64,000 bases of DNA from Perkinsela sp. CCAP 1560/9 (lineage: Eukaryota; Protista; Euglenozoa: Kinetoplastea). The notes under the pieces are model-generated. The model was not told where the DNA came from. It made no database searches and saw nothing but the letters and a program-made list of their open reading frames with translations. Position numbers and translations under genes: made by a program. Each line of letters begins with the position of its first letter. The stretch's first letter is position 1. This document shows, in pieces, positions 21,301-31,894 of the stretch. The stretch spans positions 12,757-76,756 of the forward strand of contig CBFFSA010000042.1 in NCBI GenBank assembly GCA_965644495.1, written 5' to 3'.

Positions 21301-22580
21301 GGTGGTAGATCATTCTGCAAGGGATTTTCGTGTGGGTCTGGATGCTTCTCCAAGAGCTTTTCGAGGGTATCTGCATTGTCTGGCGCCATGGGGGCTGCGG
21401 TTAGGGCTGCCATTCCCCTGGAAAATTCCCCCTGGCGGGCCAAGAGTTCGGCTCGAATTGCCGCTCTGTCTGCATCGATTTCGGAGTCGCGTGATCTGGA
21501 GCGCTTTTTATAATGATCCCTCTGGGCATCTTCCCATAGCAAGAGGTACTCCCCCGCTAGCCACAGTTTCATGCGGTTTTCGACGTACGTAGAGTATGAT
21601 GTGTGGCCTTTGCGACCGCCTCGGAAAGGTGCTGGTAGGACACACTTAGGGAGCATTGCGAGAAGTGTCCATGCCTCTACCGTGTTTTCCTTCACTGCGG
21701 ATGTCAAGGATTGCGTGAGGATGCTCGCCCAGAGGAATCTGCAACAGTGTGGAACGTCTTTGCAGGTACTCATGGGAAGTGCGCAGATGGAGCCGAGTGA
21801 TGGCAAATTGTCTGTTGGATTTTCTTCTGCGTTTTGGGGACGTGCCGTTGGTGGGGCTAATGACCGTCCGGAATTGTTGCGGCCCCTGCAGTTTTTGGGG
21901 TGAGACTTGAGCTTGTTCTTGGCGTAGTGTCTGCCACAATCTCTGCAGAGGAATCTTCCCTCTCCCTCCCACCACTCGTTTGGAATGTTTTTGCCGTGTC
22001 GATGAGCTACATGGTGATAAAATGCCTGCCATTTTCCGCTATGTGGTGGGGTTTTCCACGTACATCCTTCTGCTGGGCATTGACGTTCTACATCCTTCTG
22101 CTGCGTATTGGCGTTGTGGTATGTGGTAGGGGCAGAATCAGTATTCTTGCGCTTTGTAGCCTTAGTTGGAGAGAAAATGTGGGCGGATGAGGCCTCCGAA
22201 GTAATTCCCACGTTGTTTGCCACGACAAGGGAGTGATTTGTCTCTTCGTCCGCGGTCATTCTGCCTGTGTCCGGTGTAGGTTCCTCTGCCGCGATCTTGT
22301 AGGCTCTTTCGGTCCAGTGTTTAGGTACGTTTTCGGGGATAGGTGTCGTATACAAAAGTTCATTGTAGGTGCTTTGGCCGGAAATCAGGTGAGCGTTTCC
22401 TGCGAATTGGTCCCAATCTCCGGGTTTGTGTGACATTTGTTCCTGGCGAAAAGAGTCATCATCCATTGGTAACGCGTTGGCATCAAAGGAATCATCGGGC
22501 GGCATGGTGCGACCCTAGTAAGCAATAAAGAGAAAGAAAAATTAATTCAACAAGGTACAGAAACTGTATCTTTATCGTTA

Positions 22581-22584
<4 letters not shown>
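18351..22584 (-). mobile_element. CRE-clade element family B, copy 1, full length (SL 22548-22583)
   Basis: A33 tail, 3' UTR, intact ORF, SL exon at the 5' end. Confidence 0.95.
18915..22505 (-). CDS. Family B RT-REL polyprotein, 1196 aa
   Basis: LsmAD-like N-terminus; zinc fingers CPAEGC..H..H and CRDC..H...C; RT KVDLRNAFN/GVQQGDPLGP/WYLDDG; CCHC CTANGC..HALLC; REL RHN, RPAD..LDFAV, VESFG. Confidence 0.95.
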   Translation of the reverse strand: MPPDDSFDANALPMDDDSFRQEQMSHKPGDWDQFAGNAHLISGQSTYNELLYTTPIPENVPKHWTERAYKIAAEEPTPDTGRMTADEETNHSLVVANNVGITSEASSAHIFSPTKATKRKNTDSAPTTYHNANTQQKDVERQCPAEGCTWKTPPHSGKWQAFYHHVAHRHGKNIPNEWWEGEGRFLCRDCGRHYAKNKLKSHPKNCRGRNNSGRSLAPPTARPQNAEENPTDNLPSLGSICALPMSTCKDVPHCCRFLWASILTQSLTSAVKENTVEAWTLLAMLPKCVLPAPFRGGRKGHTSYSTYVENRMKLWLAGEYLLLWEDAQRDHYKKRSRSRDSEIDADRAAIRAELLARQGEFSRGMAALTAAPMAPDNADTLEKLLEKHPDPHENPLQNDLPPIEGNPLHLEETEVKKAIVSFRRGSSAGTMGLRPEHLQAAILEHVDKDVNPLSALTRLVNHMLQGKAPQDVQSFYAGARLCALEKGEDDVRPIAAGETLRRLVSKAACISIKEKAGTLFNGRQYGVAAPAGAERVIHLCRRAMLNNLGSDNFVFCKVDLRNAFNNVSRPVLTLTTRLNFPELSPWVEWCYSNVSCLTYRDNVIPSAEGVQQGDPLGPLLFSLVLSSVTEEISSRSNLDTQLWYLDDGVLIGEAEEVRKALDVFSNVGSRCGLFLNPSKCEIITPPASSHLTGLFPEIPKTKTRTDGNFDILGSPIGSAEHCVEFLRSEAIEPARETLDAIGFIGDPQVAMSLIRQCTGFCQMVYALRTTPPHALSELCNSLDENVLKAAEWALFLLDSHARDQIQRKKRNGGFGLRSSLLHATAAYVSSVAHAADADDWDPSEAEGFTISVQDVNRKAGVELVDPGTGRIPKQNKPHPESSQRHNLTSRSKRPRHILNNMDADKTAEPEMVIPRQQQLSQAISQQEFTTAYGQADPRTRARWVSQSGKGAGSWAFVTPSRSKGFAFTPTEFRTLSRWWFGMDIYGQDRPCTANGCSLPLQKNGEHALLCKNGHGLITRHNALCVEFASFCSKANMAPQREKSLGNRGPGGGLTRPADVFLPTYTLGKGMVLDFAVTHAQQTKYLDSVRNASWVAAGSFAEHYSETKEKQRQEAEEAQLGFTAMVVESFGSWSKSAMAVLWKVGALRANSSKGLLTDAQARNDLLKELNVTLMRSQARMMVSRIVVSDPQAPLEGE

Positions 22585-22614
<30 letters not shown>

Positions 22615-23173
22615 GCGAAAATGCATACAGTTCATACACGTACATAATTATTAACAAACCCTATTCAAATATAATCCCTCCTGAATTTCAATCCGTAAAC
22701 TTTTAATCTTTTTTTTTATTTTTATTAAACAAGCAATCAAATTAGCAATTTCACATGTTGTAGCCCAAAACTAGTAATTCAACCTGCCTTAAGTTATTTA
22801 TGATTTTGATAACAATAATAATAAAAAGAAGCAATTTATGCCCAATTCATTCGCGCGTTCCGGACCGGGTCTTTCGACCACTCCTCGGCCTGACTTGTGA
22901 ACCCTTCCCTTGTTATATGGGAGGGCGCAGGCGCGGGCTTGTGCCGACAGCGGCACGGTCGCGAAACAGGGTGCTGGCCGACGGGGAGGAAGTTTTAGTT
23001 CCCGACCCATGTCCTACCTCACTTGGAGTACCTAGCCCTTGAGGGCTAGGCGTGAGCATAGACCCTGCCGGCATCGACCAGCATCCAGGCCAGCCATCTA
23101 TGAGGGCGCAAACGTGGGTCTGTGCTGACTGCCGTCCGGTCAGGAAACGTTTACTCCCCCAAGCAAGAAAAAG
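22585..23173 (-). mobile_element. 3'-UTR-only fragment of a further family (I) with poly(A)
   Basis: T28 tract, a distinct AT-rich end and a variant of the conserved RNA motif; no RT coding sequence recognised and no SL. Confidence 0.75.
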
Positions 23174-26100
23174 TTTTTTTTTTTTTTTTTTTTGCAATTA
23201 ATAAGGGGGGAGAAGTATGAATCGCGGCATTGCCTCTATAATTTGATCCAGTAGACGAACCAAGTACATAGTAGGTCCATTAGGGGGGTATATGAATTTA
23301 AAACAAGCAATCAAATTAGCAATTCTTTTCATTTCCACAGAAGTATATTTTCTTTTTCTTTTTTCTCAGCCCAAAACTAGCAATTCAATCTCCCCTAAGT
23401 ATATACGACAAATAAGACACAGTAAAAATAAAAACAAGCAATCCAGACCCAATCCATTCGCGCGTTCCGGACCGGGTCTTTCGACCACTCCACGGCCTGA
23501 CTTGTGAACCCTTCCCTTGCTATACGGGAGGGCGCAGGCGCGGGCCTGTGTCGACAGCGACACGGTCACGAAACAGGATGCTGGCCGACGGGGAGGAGAT
23601 TCACTACCCGTGTACTACCTCACTTGGGGTACCTAGCCCTCGCGGGCTAGGCGTGAGCATAGTCTCTGTCGACCCGGCCAGCACCCGCCCTGGATATTAT
23701 GGCGTCTTCGTGCTGAAACTGGACTGTCAGTAGAGGCTTAAGCCTCTACCAAAGGATCCGCTGGGTCCTCTACGCGGATGCGCGAAACCATCATCCTGGC
23801 TTGAGAACGCATTAGCGTCACGTTCAGATCTGTTAGGAGATCGTTTCGCGCTTGGTCTCGTGAAAGGAGCCCTTTGGATGCATTCGCCCGTTGGGTTCCG
23901 ATGTCCCGGAGTAACGCTAGCGCACTCTCGCTCCAGGAACCAAAGGATTCCACCACCATCGCTGTGAAGAGGTGTCCTGCTTTTTCTGCTTCTTGTCGCT
24001 GTCGCGCCTTGGTCTCCGCGAAGTGCTCGGCAAAAGACCCCGGGGTCACCCAGCTAGCATTGTGGACTGAGTCCAAATACTTTGTTTGCTGTGCGTGAGT
24101 GACCGCAAAATCTAGGACCATGCCTTGCGCTAAAGATCCTTTGGCGATGGAGGCAGTTGGCAGAAATACGTCTGCTGGTCTCGTGAGAGCCAGAACCCCG
24201 ATTTCCCAAACTCTTCTCTCTCTGTGGCGCCAGGAAGGCTCTGCTGCAGAACGATGTAAATTGTTGGGCCAGAGCGTTGTGCCGTGAGATGATACCATGG
24301 CCGTTCTTGCAGAGCAAAGCGTGCTCTCCATTCTTGAGCAAGGGAAGGGTGCACCCGTCAGCTGGGCAAGGCCGATCTTCGGGGAAGACGTCCATGCCTA
24401 GCCACCAGCGTGTTAGGGTACGAAACTCCGTGTGGGTGAAAGCGTAGCCTCTGGTCTTGGAGGGAGTTGCGAAAGCCCAGTTTCCGGCCCCTTTTCCGGA
24501 CTGCGAGATCCATCGCGCCCGCGTTCTTGCGTCTGCCTTTGAATATGCCGTTTGAAATTCCCTATCCGAGATAGCTTGGCTGAGATGTTTTTGCCTCGGG
24601 ATGATCTTTTCCTGATCCGTCGAGACCGGGAGAAGGGCGTGATTGAGGGATTGTGCGAGTTTTCTTTTCGATGGGCGGGAAAGGATGCTCCGATTTGCAT
24701 GATATTCACCAGGCACACTAGGTTTGGTAATGCGTCCAGTGTATGGATCAACCAGATCAGTCCCAACTTTGTCATTTATGTCATGTGCTGAGCTGGAAAA
24801 TCCCTCAGCTTCTGTGGGGTCCCAGTTGTCCAAGCTAGCGGCGTGCGCGACGGAAGAAACGTAGGCTGCTGACTGGTGGAGAATTGATGAGCGAAGTCCG
24901 AACCCGCCGTGGCGTTTTGGTCGTTGTATTTGGTCGCGAGCGGCGACGCCTAAGGGAGAAATTGCGTGCTCCACGGCCTGGACTAGATGAGAGTCAAGTT
25001 TTTGGCATAATTCTCCAAGGGCTTGGGGAGGAGTGGTGCGCAGTGCGTACACCATCTGACAAAACCCCGAACATTGCCGTATTAGTGCGAGAGCTATTTG
25101 GGGATCTTCTAACACAGCAGTAGCTTCTAATGTTTCGCGGGCTGGTTCAATCGCGTGTGTCATGAGAAACTCCGCACAGTGTTCCGCAGAGCCTATTGGG
25201 CTTCCAAGAATGTCGAAGTTCCCGTCGTACCGTATTTTATCACTGGGGATGTCAGGAAAGAAAACGGAGGTATGAGCTGATGCTGGGGGGGTAATGATCT
25301 CGCACTTGGAGAGATTCAGGAAGAGTCCCCACTTCGGTCCTATCTCGTCGAGGACGTCTAGGGCTTTACGGACTTCTTTGGGCTCACCTACAAGCACACC
25401 GTCATCTAAATACCATAATTGTGTTCGTAGGTTAGAATTTGATGCAATTTCTTCTGTTACCTCTGCTAACACCAAGGAGAAGAGGAGTGGGCCCAGAGGG
25501 TCTCCTTGTTGCACTCCTTCTGCCGAGGGGATAAAATCATTGCCGAATGTGAGACAGCTGTGATTGGCATAACACCATTCTACCCATGGGGATAGTTCAG
25601 GGAAATGCTTTCGTGTGAGAAAGATGAAGACGGGTCGGCTCACGTTATTAAAGGCGTTCCGAAGATCCACCTTACAGAACGTTATGTTCTCATTTTCTTC
25701 ATTATTTCTCATTAGACGGCGACAAAGGTGTATCACTCTTTCCGCCCCAGCAGACGCTGCGACCCCGTATTGACGACGTCCAAAGAAGGATCCTGCTTTT
25801 TCTTTTATCGAAAGGCACACTGCCTTGCTCACCAGGCGTCTAAGGGTTTCCCCCGCAGCGATAGGCCGCACGTCATCTTCCCCTTTTTCGAGTGCGCATA
25901 GCCGTGCCCCTGCAAAAAAAGGTTGCACTTCGTCTGCGGCTTTGCCAGCTAGGAGATGGTTTACGAAGGAAGTGAGCGTCGTAAGAGGATTCATATTCTG
26001 GTCGACGTGCTCTTGAAGCGCTGTTTGGAGGTGTTCAGGCCGGAGCCCCATAGTCCCAGCAGAGGATCCGCGACGGAAGGTATCTACTGCTTTTCTCACC

Positions 26101-27619
26101 TCGGATTCGTCCAGTTTTAAAGCTTCTTCTTCCAGGGGAGGTAGGGGGCACGAGATGGGATTACCATGGGGGCTAGGGTGTTTTTCCTGCAGCTTTAGCA
26201 GGGTTTCCTCGCTGTATGGTGCAAGTGGAGCTGCAGTAAGGGCAGCCATGCCTCGGGAAAATTCTCCTTGGCGAACCAGAATTTCAGCCCGTATTGCAGC
26301 CTTGTCTTCTTCACCCTCAATCTCATTATTCGGCACTTTTGAGCGCTTCCTGTCATGCTCCGAATTTGCTTGGGCCCATAGGGTGGTATATTGGCCTTGT
26401 ATCCAAAGTTCCATTCGCTTTGAGATGTAGGAGGTATAGGACTTGTGAGCTTTGCGGCCTCCTCGGTACGGGGCTGGTAGGACGCATTTCGGAAGCAAGG
26501 CAAGAAGGGTCCAGGCTCTCAGTGAGTTTTCGTTTACCGCGGTGGAGAGGGCTGCGGTAAAAATTCTGGTCCACAGATATCGACATCGGTGTGGGACATC
26601 CTTGCACGTGCTTATTTGAGTCGTGCAAACTTCCTCTAGGGACGGTAGACTATGCGTACCTTGTATATCGTACATGGCTTCCCCGGACTCTGACAGCTGT
26701 GAAGGCTGCTGTGGTTGTGAGGGCGGCTGCGAGGAGGGTGGTGTAGATTGCATTTTACAATGATTCAAATGAGAAGTTTTCTTGCTAATATCGTAATGAC
26801 GACCGCATGCGTCGCAGAGAAATCGTCCTTCCTTTGTCCACCAGTCATTGGGTATGTTATTTCCGTGTCGGTAAGCAACGTGGTTGTAGTACGACTGCCA
26901 TTGACCTCCATGGGCACGAGTTTTCCAAATACAGTTTTCTGCGGGGCACTCCCTTTGTGTCGGACGGTTTTGGGAAGATGGAAACGTGAGAACTGCTTCG
27001 CTCGTCGAAGGTGGGATTTCAAGGGAAGTTCCTTGTACTATTTGGCGTGGAGAGTTGTTTTCGGGGTTATGTTCCGTCGCTTCCCCTTTTCGAGGTGTAG
27101 CTGGTTCGCGCGCTTTTCGATGAGACTTTACGATTCCCCGATTCCCTTTGACGCTTGGGGGTGTGGAAGATGGTTGGCATCGAGTAAACTTTTTAGTGAT
27201 AGTGTTGCTATCAGATTGCGTTTTTTGGTGTCCATGATGTAATCTGATGACTCGTGAGTGGTTTGTTTCCTCATCGCTACTATCTACCTGTCCCGTATCA
27301 TGTGTCTGGTTCTCAGTTGAGATCAAGGCGGCGTTCATGTTCCATTCTTCCGGAATGTTCGCAGGAATAGGGGTCGTGTAGAGCAATTCGTTGTACGTAC
27401 TCCGTTGCTTAATGAGATGTGCGTTTCCAGCAAACTGGTCCCAGGATCCTCTATTGTGTACTGCTTCCTCTTGTAAAAATGAATCGTCGTCCATCGGCGG
27501 AGGTGAGGCTTTGAGAAGATCGTTTTCAGACATGAGAAAGAACCGCGTACCTGGAAAAGATGAAATAAAGAAAATAATTCAACAAGGTACAGAAACTGTA
27601 TCTTTATCGTTAAAGAGTC
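23174..27619 (-). mobile_element. CRE-clade element family C, copy 1, full length (SL 27580-27615), frameshifted
   Basis: A20 tail and SL at the 5' end; near-identical to 31895-36313. Confidence 0.93.
23738..27533 (-). pseudogene. Family C polyprotein with a 5-nt deletion near 24190, just before the REL PD motif
   Basis: GAGAGCCAGAACCCC here versus GAGAGCCCCCCCAGGACCCC in copy 2; span 3796 versus 3801 nt. Confidence 0.9.
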
Positions 27620-27753
27620 TTTTTTTTTTTTTTTTTTTTTTTTTTGCAATTAATAAGGGGGGAGAAGTATGAATCGCGGCATTGCCTCTATATTTTGACC
27701 CAGTAGACGAACCAAGTAGGTCCATTGGGGGGGGGGTATACGAGTTGAAAACT

Positions 27754-27755
<2 letters not shown>
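27620..27755 (-). mobile_element. Short 3'-terminal fragment of family B with poly(A)
   Basis: T26 plus about 110 nt of the B 3' end, followed by another poly(T). Confidence 0.8.
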
Positions 27756-27786
<31 letters not shown>

Positions 27787-30700
27787 GGGGGGGGGGGTAT
27801 ACGAATTGAAAACAAACAATCAAATTAGCAATTCTTTTTCTGTCCACAGATGTACCTTTTTTCTCAGCCCAAAACTAGCAATTTAGTCTCCCCTAAGTAT
27901 ATACTACAAACAAGAAAAACAGTAAAAATTAAAACAAGCAATCCATGCCCAATCCATTCGCGCGTTCCGGACCGGGTCTTTCGACCTCTCCACGGCCTGA
28001 CTTGTGAACCCTTCCCTTGTTATATGGGAGGGCGCAGGCGCGGGCCTGTGTCGACAGCGACACGGTCGCGAAACAGGATGCTGGCCGACGGGGAGGAGAT
28101 TCACTGCCCGTGTACTACCTCACTTGGGGTACCTAGCCCTCGCGAGCTAGGCGTGAGTATAGACTCTGTCGACGCGACCAGCACCCTAATCGTCTTGTTA
28201 CCCTAGAGGACCATGCCTGTGGGCCCTACTCCCCTTCCAGGGGAGCTTGGGGGTCACTGACGACTATCCGGGAGACCATCATGCGGGCCTGAGAGCGCAT
28301 GAGTGTGACGTTAAGCTCTTTCAGAAGGTCATTTCGGGCTTGAGCATCCGTGAGAAGACCTTTTGACGAGTTGGCGCGCAGTGCTCCCACCTTCCATAAG
28401 ACCGCCATTGCGCTTTTACTCCACGAGCCAAAAGACTCGACAACCATGGCCGTGAACCCTAGTTGTGCTTCTTCTGCTTCTTGACGTTGTTTTTCCTTCG
28501 TTTCTGAGTAATGCTCGGCGAAAGACCCTGCAGCCACCCAGCTAGCATTCCGGACAGAGTCCAAATACTTTGTTTGCTGTGCGTGGGTGACTGCGAAGTC
28601 TAGTACCATGCCTTTCCCTAGAGTGTACGTGGGGAGGAAAACGTCAGCCGGTCTGGTGAGACCCCCTCCTGGCCCCCGATTTCCTAGACTTTTTTCTCGC
28701 TGGGGAGCCATGTTGGCCTTGCTGCAAAAGGAGGCGAATTCTACACAAAGCGCATTGTGCCGCGTGATGAGGCCATGTCCGTTCTTGCACAATAATGCAT
28801 GCTCCCCATTTTTCTGTAGGGGTAGGGAACACCCGTTTGCTGTGCAGGGGCGGTCTTGGCCATAAATGTCCATGCCAAACCACCAGCGCGATAACGTGCG
28901 GAACTCGGTTGGTGTGAAAGCAAAACCTTTACTCCTTGAGGGCGTGACGAAGGCCCAGCTCCCAGCTCCCTTTCCTGACTGTGAAACCCATCGTGCTCGG
29001 GTGCGGGGGTCGGCCTGGCCGTAGGCTGTAGTGAATTCCTGCTGCGATATGGCTTGGCTCAGTTGCTGCTGCCGGGGTATAACCATTTCCGGCTCGGCCG
29101 TCTTATCCGCGTCCATGTTGTTGAGTATGTGTCGTGGGCGTTTGCTTCTCGAGGTGAGGTTGTGTCTTTGGCTGGACTCTGGATGTGGTTTATTCTGTTT
29201 CGGGATGCGTCCTGTACCGGGATCCACAAGTTCTACCCCCGCCTTTCTATTCACGTCCTGCACGGAAATGGTGAATCCCTCGGCTTCTGAAGGGTCCCAA
29301 TCGTCTGCATCGGCGGCGTGCGCAACGGAGGAGACATATGCTGCTGTTGCGTGGAGGAGAGAAGACCTGAGACCAAAACCCCCGTTGCGCTTCTTACGTT
29401 GGATTTGGTCACGCGCGTGGGAATCCAGAGGGAAAAGTGCCCATTCCGCGGCTTTTAGAACATTTTCATCAAGGGAATTACAAAGCTCAGAAAGCGCCTG
29501 AGGGGGTGTCGTGCGAAGTGCGTAGACCATTTGACAGAATCCAGTGCACTGCCGGATGAGGGACATGGCTACTTGTGGGTCTCCTATGAAACCTATTGCG
29601 TCTAATGTTTCGCGTGCGGGCTCAATGGCTTCTGACCTGAGAAACTCCACGCAATGCTCCGCTGACCCAATCGGGGAGCCCAAGATGTCGAAATTTCCAT
29701 CAGTACGAGTTTTAGTCTTCGGTATCTCTGGAAATAATCCTGTGAGATGGGATGAAGCAGGCGGTGTTATTATCTCACATTTCGATGGGTTTAGGAAAAG
29801 TCCGCATCGGGAGCCAACATTGGAAAAAACATCGAGCGCCTTCCTGACCTCCTCAGCCTCCCCTATGAGTACCCCGTCATCTAGGTACCAAAGTTGAGTG
29901 TCTAGATTCGACCGAGACGATATTTCTTCTGTTACACTGGATAGTACTAGAGAGAAGAGAAGAGGGCCTAGTGGGTCTCCTTGTTGTACCCCCTCTGCCG
30001 AGGGTATGACATTGTCTCTGTAGGTAAGACAGCTCACGTTGGAGTAACACCACTCTACCCAAGGTGAGAGTTCGGGGAAATTTAAGCGCGTGGTTAGGGT
30101 GAGAACAGGCCTGCTGACGTTATTGAAAGCGTTTCTTAAGTCCACTTTGCAGAAGACAAAATTGTCACTCCCCAGGTTATTGAGCATGGCTCTCCGGCAG
30201 AGGTGGATAACTCGTTCGGCTCCCGCGGGGGCTGCTACACCATATTGTCGCCCGTTGAACAGAGTACCCGCTTTCTCCTTTATCGAGATACATGCCGCCT
30301 TGCTTACGAGGCGTCTAAGGGTTTCACCCGCTGCGATTGGTCGAACATCGTCCTCGCCTTTTTCCAGGGCGCAGAGCCGGGCTCCAGCGTAGAATGATTG
30401 GACGTCTTGTGGCGCTTTTCCTTGAAGCATGTGGTTCACTAGTCGCGTGAGGGCCGAGAGAGGATTCACATCCTTGTCCACATGTTCCAAGATGGCTGCC
30501 TGGAGGTGCTCTGGACGAAGGCCCATCGTGCCGGCTGAAGATCCCCTGCGGAAGCTGACGATCGCTTTTTTGACCTCTGTTTCCTCTAGGTGTAGGGGGT
30601 TGCCCTCGATCGGTGGTAGATCATTCTGCAAGGGATTTTCGTGTGGGTCTGGATGCTTCTCCAAGAGCTTTTCGAGGGTATCTGCATTGTCTGGCGCCAT

Positions 30701-31894
30701 GGGGGCTGCGGTTAGGGCTGCCATTCCCCTGGAAAATTCCCCCTGGCGGGCCAAGAGTTCGGCTCGAATTGCCGCTCTGTCTGCATCGATTTCGGAGTCG
30801 CGTGATCTGGAGCGCTTTTTATAATGATCCCTCTGGGCATCTTCCCATAGCAAGAGGTACTCCCCCGCTAGCCACAGTTTCATGCGGTTTTCGACGTACG
30901 TAGAGTATGATGTGTGGCCTTTGCGACCGCCTCGGAAAGGTGCTGGTAGGACACACTTAGGGAGCATTGCGAGAAGTGTCCATGCCTCTACCGTGTTTTC
31001 CTTCACTGCGGATGTCAAGGATTGCGTGAGGATGCTCGCCCAGAGGAATCTGCAACAGTGTGGAACGTCTTTGCAGGTACTCATGGGAAGTGCGCAGATG
31101 GAGCCGAGTGATGGCAAATTGTCTGTTGGATTTTCTTCTGCGTTTTGGGGACGTGCCGTTGGTGGGGCTAATGACCGTCCGGAATTGTTGCGGCCCCTGC
31201 AGTTTTTGGGGTGAGACTTGAGCTTGTTCTTGGCGTAGTGTCTGCCACAATCTCTGCAGAGGAATCTTCCCTCTCCCTCCCACCACTCGTTTGGAATGTT
31301 TTTGCCGTGTCGATGAGCTACATGGTGATAAAATGCCTGCCATTTTCCGCTATGTGGTGGGGTTTTCCACGTACATCCTTCTGCTGGGCATTGACGTTCT
31401 ACATCCTTCTGCTGCGTATTGGCGTTGTGGTATGTGGTAGGGGCAGAATCAGTATTCTTGCGCTTTGTAGCCTTAGTTGGAGAGAAAATGTGGGCGGATG
31501 AGGCCTCCGAAGTAATTCCCACGTTGTTTGCCACGACAAGGGAGTGATTTGTCTCTTCGTCCGCGGTCATTCTGCCTGTGTCCGGTGTAGGTTCCTCTGC
31601 CGCGATCTTGTAGGCTCTTTCGGTCCAGTGTTTAGGTACGTTTTCGGGGATAGGTGTCGTATACAAAAGTTCATTGTAGGTGCTTTGGCCGGAAATCAGG
31701 TGAGCGTTTCCTGCGAATTGGTCCCAATCTCCGGGTTTGTGTGACATTTGTTCCTGGCGAAAAGAGTCATCATCCATTGGTAACGCGTTGGCATCAAAGG
31801 AATCATCGGGCGGCATGGTGCGACCCTAGTAAGCAATAAAGAGAAAGAAAAATTAATTCAACAAGGTACAGAAACTGTATCTTTATCGTTAAAG
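27756..31894 (-). mobile_element. Family B copy 2, full length (SL 31859-31894), alternative poly(A) site
   Basis: Poly(T) joins directly at the G-run, about 80 nt inside the end seen in B1. Confidence 0.95.
28226..31816 (-). CDS. Family B RT-REL polyprotein, 1196 aa
   Basis: As B1, with 2 aa differences visible (H/Q, L/P). Confidence 0.95.
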   Translation of the reverse strand: MPPDDSFDANALPMDDDSFRQEQMSHKPGDWDQFAGNAHLISGQSTYNELLYTTPIPENVPKHWTERAYKIAAEEPTPDTGRMTADEETNHSLVVANNVGITSEASSAHIFSPTKATKRKNTDSAPTTYHNANTQQKDVERQCPAEGCTWKTPPHSGKWQAFYHHVAHRHGKNIPNEWWEGEGRFLCRDCGRHYAKNKLKSHPKNCRGRNNSGRSLAPPTARPQNAEENPTDNLPSLGSICALPMSTCKDVPHCCRFLWASILTQSLTSAVKENTVEAWTLLAMLPKCVLPAPFRGGRKGHTSYSTYVENRMKLWLAGEYLLLWEDAQRDHYKKRSRSRDSEIDADRAAIRAELLARQGEFSRGMAALTAAPMAPDNADTLEKLLEKHPDPHENPLQNDLPPIEGNPLHLEETEVKKAIVSFRRGSSAGTMGLRPEHLQAAILEHVDKDVNPLSALTRLVNHMLQGKAPQDVQSFYAGARLCALEKGEDDVRPIAAGETLRRLVSKAACISIKEKAGTLFNGRQYGVAAPAGAERVIHLCRRAMLNNLGSDNFVFCKVDLRNAFNNVSRPVLTLTTRLNFPELSPWVEWCYSNVSCLTYRDNVIPSAEGVQQGDPLGPLLFSLVLSSVTEEISSRSNLDTQLWYLDDGVLIGEAEEVRKALDVFSNVGSRCGLFLNPSKCEIITPPASSHLTGLFPEIPKTKTRTDGNFDILGSPIGSAEHCVEFLRSEAIEPARETLDAIGFIGDPQVAMSLIRQCTGFCQMVYALRTTPPQALSELCNSLDENVLKAAEWALFPLDSHARDQIQRKKRNGGFGLRSSLLHATAAYVSSVAHAADADDWDPSEAEGFTISVQDVNRKAGVELVDPGTGRIPKQNKPHPESSQRHNLTSRSKRPRHILNNMDADKTAEPEMVIPRQQQLSQAISQQEFTTAYGQADPRTRARWVSQSGKGAGSWAFVTPSRSKGFAFTPTEFRTLSRWWFGMDIYGQDRPCTANGCSLPLQKNGEHALLCKNGHGLITRHNALCVEFASFCSKANMAPQREKSLGNRGPGGGLTRPADVFLPTYTLGKGMVLDFAVTHAQQTKYLDSVRNASWVAAGSFAEHYSETKEKQRQEAEEAQLGFTAMVVESFGSWSKSAMAVLWKVGALRANSSKGLLTDAQARNDLLKELNVTLMRSQARMMVSRIVVSDPQAPLEGE

